IMG/VR virus record: IMGVR_UViG_3300037419_001565
Source: an uncultured virus (IMG/VR IMGVR_UViG_3300037419_001565)
Lineage: Duplodnaviria; Heunggongvirae; Uroviricota; Caudoviricetes
Direction: 5' to 3' (one strand)
Length of the DNA: 64,000 nucleotides
Below are positions 55,893-64,000 of this stretch, piece by piece. A program made the translations under genes and the position numbers. Within the stretch, counting starts at the first letter, position 1, and every line of letters starts with the position of its first letter. Below the pieces are notes generated by a model that did no database searches, was not told where the DNA came from, and saw only the letters and a list, made by a program, of their open reading frames with translations.

Positions 55893-56669
55893 ATGTCACA
55901 CATGAATAAGGACATCACAGTGAACTACATCTCAGCAATCCAGTCAGCCATCAAAGCCAAAGCGCCCATCGTGGGCTTGCCGGTCCCTGGCGCGAGGCCG
56001 TTTCCCGTCAAACGCGACCTATTACGCGATGGACTTAAAGGTTTGCGTATAACGGAAGCGTCGATTCAGGAACCTTTAATCCCTAGCGCCTCTCGCGTGT
56101 TGATCGTCTACGCGGTTTCTGATCGTGTGAAAGCAAGGCGCGTGTTTTATCCCTTCGCAAAGGATGGCCGCCGCTCTATCTGTCAGACACAACACAAGTG
56201 GACCGAAGCGGAACGTGAAAAACAAGCTAAGAAGCGTGTTACGCCAAAGTTTTCTAACCCACGCGAGCGCAAAATACATCAGTTAAAAGAAGCAATCAAA
56301 AAGCATGATTCGCGTTACATCAGTCGGAACATATGGTGGTTACGGCAAAGACCGTGGAACGCGAAACCCCACGAGTTCACGGACGGGGATCGCGCGGCAT
56401 TCCTAGTGTGGCGAAACGAAAAGCCGATTCGCCGTAAGCTTGGTAAAGAGTACTTCCTACCTCTGGTAAATCGGACTGACGGCATCTCGATAGGTCGCAA
56501 CCCGGCAAAGTGGATCGGGGAGTGGGGCTATCGGCAAGCGGAGTGGAAGCCCGCGCACGAACGATATTACTACTTGCGTAGTGAAAAGCGGGTCGAGTTG
56601 AAGGCACAATTGGCTGCAGTTGAAGGCATCTTAACATCACTCGATAACAGGGAGGATAAAGCAGCATGA
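55893..56669 (+). CDS. basic hypothetical protein
   Basis: 258-aa ORF. Confidence 0.6.
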   Translation: MSHMNKDITVNYISAIQSAIKAKAPIVGLPVPGARPFPVKRDLLRDGLKGLRITEASIQEPLIPSASRVLIVYAVSDRVKARRVFYPFAKDGRRSICQTQHKWTEAEREKQAKKRVTPKFSNPRERKIHQLKEAIKKHDSRYISRNIWWLRQRPWNAKPHEFTDGDRAAFLVWRNEKPIRRKLGKEYFLPLVNRTDGISIGRNPAKWIGEWGYRQAEWKPAHERYYYLRSEKRVELKAQLAAVEGILTSLDNREDKAA

Positions 56670-56911
56670 CCCACCCAGACCTCACCTTCACCGGCCTAGC
56701 CGGTCTCTACACCCTCCACGCCAAAACCGCCGAGGGAGCACAGTGGATCAACGATCACGTCCCGTTCGAACCCTGGCAAGGGGATATTCGCAAGGGCGTG
56801 GCGATTGAGGGGAGTTATCGCGCCCAGGAGATCGCGGACGCCGCTATCGCGGATAAGCTCACGGTTGAGGTGAATGGGAGGGTTTATCAGGGAGCGTTAG
56901 CTAGCAGATAA
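56666..56911 (+). CDS. hypothetical protein
   Basis: GGAGG RBS, ATGA overlap. Confidence 0.6.
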   Translation: MTHPDLTFTGLAGLYTLHAKTAEGAQWINDHVPFEPWQGDIRKGVAIEGSYRAQEIADAAIADKLTVEVNGRVYQGALASR

Positions 56912-57082
56912 TCATCTCCCTCAAAAACCTTTCCATCTCAATTTCTCACGTATAACAGGGAAAATAAGTTGACAAGCACGAGGGAAGATGCGAGACTTAA
57001 AGAGTGATCTAAAGCACGGTCTGTGCAAACGCGAAGAGTGGGAGAGCTAGTCGGCTTACGGCGAGGAGGAGAGGAGCAGTAG

Positions 57083-60000
57083 ATGGCATTCACTGTCGAA
57101 GTAAACGGAAAGACTTTCATCGTTAATACGAACGTGACGCACGAAGGCAAGGAATACAGATACGAGTTCAACGGTTTGAGTTGCAATCGCCTGGACTGGA
57201 TTGCTGAACGAATCGCTGACCAGGTTCATGACGACATCCTCAAAAAACTTGTGCTGGCAGAAGCAGACGAGGTGCAGGCATGAGCGCAGGAAAGCACACG
57301 GCAACACCGGCCAGGAGCAAGTCGTTTATTCGTCGTTTGCGCGAGCGAGGTGCTAAGGACGCGCAAGCTGGCAAGCCCATTGATGCGTTTTACAAGCTGC
57401 CTTATGACCGGCATTACGAGTGGATGCGTGCCGCTTACGAAGTCGGATGGCGTGACGCAATCGCCGCCGCAAAGGAGCAGACCCGATGAGCGCCAGCCGC
57501 AAGCCACGCAAGTTGTCGGAAGTTGAGGCGCAGAACATGTGCGACGAGTTCAACTCGAAACATCCCGAAGGGACGCAGGTTCGCTTTTGGTCGGGAGTCC
57601 GCGAAGGAGACGGCCAAATCGGAACCGTGAGCTATGGAGCGCACCCTATCGGGAACATCCCCGGCGTGTATGTCGAGGATCGCGGATTCATCGCCATGAC
57701 ACACATTGAAGTTTTGCCGCAGGAGGCCGCCGATGAGCGCCGACGCTAAGCCCACCCCCGTAGCCCCAACGTTGATGGCTCCAGGACACACGCCGGAAGG
57801 ATTGGGAATCGCCGCAGCGCGGCGACTGTACTCCCTAGGCAAGCTCCTCCACGGCACAGGCCGTGATGACGAAATCGTAGCCGAAGCAGCAGACGTGATT
57901 GACGCCATCGCCGCCCTCGGTGAGCCGCCAGCCGCGCCAGCGCAGCTAGAGCGTGACAAGTTCGGCGAGTTGCCCTATGCGGAAGTTCTCGACCGGCTTA
58001 CTCCGCTGATTCATAACCAGGAGTTTGCGAAGGCCGCCGACATTCTGCGCGAGGTCGCAAACTCAAAGCTCTACAAATCGAACTGGTTGTGTGGTTGTTA
58101 TGTGTGTGGCAAGGCAGCACAACCGAAGGAGCGGCATCATGTGTTGTTCTGTGAAGAGCACTTCAGAGAAATCACAAATCGCTTCCGTCTAGACTTCACC
58201 GCCGCCCCCTCAGGGACAGGAGAGGCCGCAGCGCCCGCCCAGGAGGAGACCCGATGAACAACCTACACACAGGCTCAATCCTGGACGACCTACTGGATGT
58301 GGTTGAGATGTGCGAACGCTTACATGATCCCGCGTTGGCAGAACGCAATCGCCAGAGGCGAGAGCAGGAGATAGACGACAAGCTGGCCGTCACCACGGCG
58401 AGGAGGGGATAGATGGGCGAGACAACGCTTGAGAAGTTGCAGAAGCAGTTGAAGCAGGCTGAGTCCGAATTGGATTCAGCGAAGCAAAACTTGGCCGATA
58501 CAAAGCGGGAGCTTCAACAGATGGAAAACGAGTACCGCGCATCGCTGACGCGAGTTTATCAACTACGTGCTTCGGTAATCGCAAACGGCGGAGACCTTGG
58601 AATCGCGGAGTAGGCGGCCCCACAACCTAGGAGGAGGACAGAGAGCATGACGATGAAACTGAGTGAAGCGATTTTGTTAGGTGACGTTCTCAAAAAGGGA
58701 ACGAATGATGCATGGATTTCAGAAGACGGTTCCTGCGGGTGTGCTTTCGGTGGTGCGCTGCTAGCTGCTGGTATCACCGCTCAGCAGTTCCGTTACGAGA
58801 TGCGAGGCTGCCGGTCAGCAGACGAACCGGGATGCGTCAAGCAGCGTTGGCCTTGGTTGACCGAAGAACACCTCATCAAAATCACCGGACTGTATGACCG
58901 CGTAATGAAGCAGTGCGGAACCATTGAACAGGTCGCCGACTACGTCCGCTCCATCGAACCGGCAGAGCCGACGCAAGCACCCTCCCACGCAGAGACCTTC
59001 CAGGATCTGGAAGCCGATGTCGATGTGGGCCAGCGATGAAGCCCTCCACTATTCGCGCAGCCTTGGTAGCCATTGGTGCCGAGTTAGGAGTGACGCTGTT
59101 TTGGTTTGCATTTGTGAAGTTGGCGTTGCGGTAGGAAGCTAGTCGGCTTACGCCGAAGGAGAAAGTGATGGCAAACAACAAGATGTCTCCGCAAGAAGCG
59201 GTTGATGACTTCAACAAAATTTGTCTCCTTGAACGGGACAACTTCGATTTGAGTAAGGCCGCCTATATCGGGCTTGAAGAAGGTGGCCTGTATTTCGGCA
59301 AGAACTCTGAGTCGATTTGCCTAACGAAAAAAGAGTTTGAAGCAGCGTGGCAATGGTACACGGCCAAGCAAGAACTATCGGGCAGCCGATAGCGTCCAGA
59401 GATCGGAACAACCGCAGAGCGAGTGAGCGGGGAGAGGAGAAGGATATGGCAGCACGGATTTGGTTGTTTTTGAGAATTGTCTACAGAACTGACTGGACTG
59501 GCGGTCGGCTATCGCCGAGCGATGCGTGGGAGATTTCGGCCATCGTTCACGGAGTGCGCCCATGACCACCCTAGCGACGATCCTCGACAGGACGAGGGAT
59601 CTACTTCTCGGCTGCACACATTCAAATGTTTCCTGGCCTCAAGGCAGGGGAGCCGATTGTCACATCAACTGCAACCAATGCGGGAAGCGTTTTCGTTATG
59701 ACTGGCGGACGATGAGGACCATAGATCATCTCCCCAAAAACCTTTCAAGTATGCAGGAATGGCAATAGAGGGGGGCAGGAGACGTACATGACGCTACTCA
59801 GCGAATTAGCGGCTAAACATCAAGCAGAAAGAGTCGCTTGCGGTTTCGATGACGAGGACTTAACAGGCTGGTTTCTGGCCTTCGGGCGAGAGCTGCTGAT
59901 GAAGATGGCGGAGGAAGCGGAAAGATTCGACGACTGCGGAGAGTGCGAGCAAGGGTTAGAAGTCGCCCGCCGTCTGCGGGAGCTTGCTTCGGCAGGGGAG

Positions 60001-62865
60001 GGGAAGAATGGCTAAACGTGAAGGACCAGTAGTGGAGGTCAGGCGGTCATGTTTCGACTGCAAGTATGAGCGCAGCAAGCCTTATCGCTGCCAAGGCGAT
60101 TCTGGCATGGATGTCTATTGCTCACATCCATCGTTTGGAACGCCAAAGACTATCGGGGATACAACGTGGGTAACTCCCGATTGGTGCCCGTTTTTAACGC
60201 CATCACCGACTCAAGCCCCGCAATCGGAACAGGTGAGCAAGGAGCAGCGATGAAACCAAGCTTTATTGGATTGTTAGCAATGACACTGTGCCTGAATGCT
60301 TGCGCTCAGACGAAGCCTAAGGCTGCGCAGAAAACAGAAAAGCCTCAGTGTACTTACGATGGCACGACATTCGGCGTTAGCGGCGGCGGTTGGGACACGA
60401 GCATTATCTCCTGCATCAACGGCAAATGGACCGTCGATGAGGCCGCTACCAAAGCGATGCATGAACGCGAGGAGAAAGAGCGGAAGCACAGGCACGACCT
60501 TTACTGGGCGTTACGAACTCGGGTTTTGACTCCGCAAGAGATGAAGGAAGTCGAGCAATACGACTATTACCTTGTCGTGAATGAAATTGCGGGGTATTCG
60601 CAAGAAGAAAAACTGAAAGAGTTTAACGACGCCTTGTTGCAGCAATTCAAGTTGCAAGCCGCTTCTGCGAATAAGTCATCTTGCGATCCCAAGGAGCAGC
60701 GATGAGCGATTTCGGCGAAGGAAAATTCGTAATTGGTCGCAAAGACCATATGTGCATCGGATGCATGGGCAAGATTGCCAAAGGGGAACGCCACTATCAC
60801 TACACCGGAGTCTGGGAAGGCGATTGGCAGAACTGGCGGCTTCATACGAGGTGCGAAGAAATCTCCCGCACGATGGACTTGTCCGATGGATTCGTAGGTG
60901 GATTTCTAAACGATGAACTTACGGAACAACAGAAGGCCGCCGGGAGCCGCGCATGACCGCTAACCGATGGGCGTCGAAAGCCGCCGATGAAATCTTTTCC
61001 CTGTTTAAGAACGCTAGCTATTTCTCGACTCGGAACGCCGAGCATCGCGCACAGATGTTGGAAGGTTGGGCGCAAATTATCGAGCGAAACGCGGCGGACG
61101 CAGACAAGCAGGAGCAGCCGAGCGAACTGCCAGCCGATGGTTGTATCTGTCGCGGAAATTGGAGAGAAATCGTCGCCGAAACCGAAACCATGATTGGTAA
61201 AGAATTTGTGAATGAACACGATGAGCGGTTCAGGCTGTTCGGAATTGTCCATGCCGATGACGACTATTACTACGGAATGCACGGCGAATCTGGGATGCGG
61301 CTGCTGTCGTGCGTCGGAAACATTGAAAGTTTTGGTTATCGTCTCGTCGCCCCATCCGTCGTGGAGGCCGCGCCCGCCATTGAAGTTATTGAAGCGGCAA
61401 TGGATGAGAGTGATGACTTGGCTGAGGAACTTCGTCACCTCAAGGCGCTGATGGACAAGCTGGTAAGGGCTGTTCGCTTTGAGGAATCAAAGGGAACAAT
61501 TTCGCTGTGCCAAGACGCTATTTGGCTGTTGGATGACTGCGAAAAGGCCGCCGCCCCGCAATCGGCGCAGCCGACGCAGCAGGTCGCACACTTCTGTCAC
61601 AAGTGCGGAGGCGAGATTACCCGCTACCCATCGCCACCTAAGTGCAGCAAGTGCGGTCACGTTGCAAGCATCAAGGAAATTCTGGCCGCCGAGCGGAGCA
61701 CGGGCAGCCCAGCAGCGGAGGAGAGGAAATGAGCATTCGCGATTGGCTTTTCTGTCACTTTCACAACATCTGCTACAGGCATCGAGTGGACAAGATTCTA
61801 ACCATGAGCGTCGGAGGGAATCTCTACTTCTATTGCCCAACGTGCAGAGAAGAACGCCAGAAGAAGTATGCAGAGCGTCGGAAATGTTTGGGAGTAAATC
61901 ATGCCGAAATGTGATTGCGGAAAGTACGACCTATTGAGCATCTTCAGCGAGAAGCAAGACGGGAACATCGTGCATAGATGGCTCGCTGGATGCTCGTCGC
62001 AGCGAAGCGAGACGACGGAAGACCAAGACTCGGAACACTCAGCAGGAGAGCGCGGGCGCACCGAGGAGGGCAGCAATGGACGCAAGTAAGCGCGAAGAAA
62101 ACAGGCCGGGAAGTCCTAGTCACGCCGAGAAATATCTTCGCGGGTATCTAGGCGGGTCAATCAAGCTGCGCGACGACCAGATTCTGCCGCTCACCCTCTG
62201 CTTGGTGCAGTATGGCGCGACATGCGCGGTTGCCGCTTACAAAGATTCCGAGCGTGTGATGGCCGAGAAGGTGGACGAAATCATTTCCTTTCGCCGCGAC
62301 CCGAACAATGGTGCAGGACTGTGGGCGGTCTTCGTGAACGAACACCCGATTCATCATTTCCGCGCCGATCAAAACGTCACCGCCTACATGGAGAAACTGG
62401 CGGCGAACATGAAGGCAAAGCTGAAAATCTACGACGAAGAGGAGCGGGAGGGCAGCAATGGACGCGACTAAGACGCAGCAGCCGGAAATGACGATTGAAC
62501 GCGCACAGGAGTTAATCGAGAGCGACCTGTGGCCTAGACAAGCGGAACTTCTGCTCAGGGCATCGAGGGCTGCGCTGCGCTCGCTATCCCGTGTACGGGC
62601 AGAGAGGGATTTCCAAGCAGAAGAAGCACAACGTGCAAATGATGCCCTTGAATACCACCAGCGCATGGAAGCCGCTTACAAAGACTCGTGGCAACAAGCA
62701 TCCACCCGCGTTGAGGCTGCTGAATCGGCGTTAGCCGAAGCAAATCGCCGCCTTGCGGAAATCGAAATCATTTCAGGATCGGCGACATGCGACGGCATGG
62801 ATTGGGCCGTGAAGCGAATCTACGAGTTGGCGGGCGGGGCAGGCGAGGGCGGAGATCCTAAATGA
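57083..62865 (+). other. run of about 20 short, translationally coupled hypothetical early genes (e.g. 57083, 57280, 57486, 57733, 58413, 58647, 59788, 60250, 60702, 60953, 62076, 62458)
   Basis: Strong RBSs and ATGA overlaps; no recognisable families. Confidence 0.65.
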
Positions 62866-63028
62866 AACGCCGTTGGTTCACGATCCATGAACTCGACGTG
62901 GTTGAGAGAGCAGCAGCCGAAGTAATCCCATAACTGAAAGGTTTTGAGGGAGATGATTTCCACAACCTCTCCCCATTGACAAACCCCTTTCGCCGTCTTA
63001 AAAGAGAAAATAACGGGGAGGATAAAAG

Positions 63029-64000
63029 ATGAAGCTTGACAGCAATCGTAGCAGCTTGAAGGTGCAGAAGTTTGAGGAGGGACTGAGATCCCGAATCATC
63101 GGTCAGCCACAGGTCGTGAAAGAGTTGACCGATATCTTCAAGCTCTCGACCGCTGGGTTGCAGTCGGGGACAAAGCCGCTCGGAAATCTCCTCCTTCTCG
63201 GACCGACTGGCGTCGGCAAGTCCTCGTCAGTCGAAGCGATGGCTCAGGTGCTTTACGACAATCCCTTCGCGATGCTCAAGGTCGATTGCGCGGAGTTTCA
63301 ACACGGACACGAGATTGCCAAGCTCATCGGCTCGCCTCCTGGCTATCTCGGCCACAGAGAGACCCACCCGTTCTTCACCCAGGAAACCCTCGACTTCTAT
63401 CACAACGCCCATCACCAAATTTCGCTTGTTTTGTTTGATGAGATCGAGAAGGCGAGTGACACCCTTTGGAAGCTCCTCTTAGGAATTCTCGACAAAGCGG
63501 TTCTCACGCTGGGAGATAACCGGAGAGTGAACTTCAATCGCTCCCTGATCTTCATGACTTCGAATCTCGGCGCTCGGGAGATGGGTGAACTCGTAGCGAG
63601 CCATCTTGGGTTTGCGCCGGTCAAAGCTGCAGGAGAGGTTGAGAGGAAGATTGACACGGTCGCTCTGAACGCCGCGAAGCGGAAGTTCTCCCCCGAGTTC
63701 ATGAACAGGATCGACAAAAGCATCGTGTTCCATCCACTCAAGCCCGAGCACCTGGAGAAGATCCTCGACATCGAACTTGGGAATCTGCAGAACCGAATTT
63801 TCAAAGCCGCAGGGACGAACGACAAGCCGTTTGTGTTCACGGTCTCAGCAGAAGTGAAGCGTCAACTTCTGGAGGAGGGGTTTGACCAAAAGAGCGGGGC
63901 GAGGGAACTCAAGAGAGTCCTTGAGCGCCGGTTGATGATGCCCTTTGCAAACCTCCTCGCGACCGAGCAACTTTCGCTGGGGGATCTGGTGAAGGTCGAG
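63029..64000 (+). CDS. stand-alone ClpA/ClpB NBD2-type AAA+ ATPase (3'-truncated by the window)
   Basis: Manual translation: RIIGQ, GPTGVGKS, IAKLIGSPPGYLGH, LFDEIEKA, FMTSNLG, PEFMNRID, GARELKR; own RBS and ATG, no NBD1. Confidence 0.85.
   Translation, partial: MKLDSNRSSLKVQKFEEGLRSRIIGQPQVVKELTDIFKLSTAGLQSGTKPLGNLLLLGPTGVGKSSSVEAMAQVLYDNPFAMLKVDCAEFQHGHEIAKLIGSPPGYLGHRETHPFFTQETLDFYHNAHHQISLVLFDEIEKASDTLWKLLLGILDKAVLTLGDNRRVNFNRSLIFMTSNLGAREMGELVASHLGFAPVKAAGEVERKIDTVALNAAKRKFSPEFMNRIDKSIVFHPLKPEHLEKILDIELGNLQNRIFKAAGTNDKPFVFTVSAEVKRQLLEEGFDQKSGARELKRVLERRLMMPFANLLATEQLSLGDLVKVE

Larger units (their letters stand above)
185..62955. repeat. dispersed motif A, about 37 copies: CATCTCCC-N3-5-AAACCTTTC(M)ATCTCAA
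   Basis: Counted by eye; positions are listed in the findings. Confidence 0.92.

Noticed and set aside
185..62955. Motif A as a CRISPR array
   Set aside because: Copies are dispersed, irregularly spaced and in both orientations; no spacer periodicity and no cas genes

Overview
The window is a contiguous part of a temperate, podovirus-like dsDNA phage genome larger than 64 kb. No host genes are evident. A tRNA-Thr 3' fragment beside the integrase is flanked by phage genes on both sides, so it looks like attP. Layout: + strand early small-gene cluster (52.4-64 kb, probably continuing into 1-2 kb); + strand recombination, integration and replication arm (ECF sigma, PD-(D/E)XK nuclease, AAA_24 ATPase, Xis/Int, SSB, MazG, intein-containing class II RNR, UDG-PolA fusion, helicase, DEDD exonuclease); and a - strand morphogenesis arm from 52.0 to 19.5 kb (HNH, TerS/TerL, portal, scaffold, N4-gp56-like capsid, lysis, tail and ejection proteins, a second tyrosine recombinase, a lipoprotein). 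The most striking features are not in the ORF track: (1) about 37 copies of an asymmetric 22-28 bp motif TTGAGATKGAAAGGTTT-N3-5-GGGAGATG in both orientations, often touching start codons or bracketing small genes as inverted pairs; (2) nine GTGAAGTCR-N16-GTCTAA promoters that fit the phage's own ECF sigma; (3) a group I intron splitting the capsid gene, with a LAGLIDADG gene that has its own phage promoter; (4) a hammerhead ribozyme in the early transcript; (5) several ORF-free structured regions, some directly behind those promoters; (6) a shared N-terminal GLG-x-D-x-IT leader on capsid and scaffold, a C-terminal Hint domain on the tail fibre, and signal peptides on fibre-like proteins. All calls come from reading the sequence by eye; no searches or folding programs were run.
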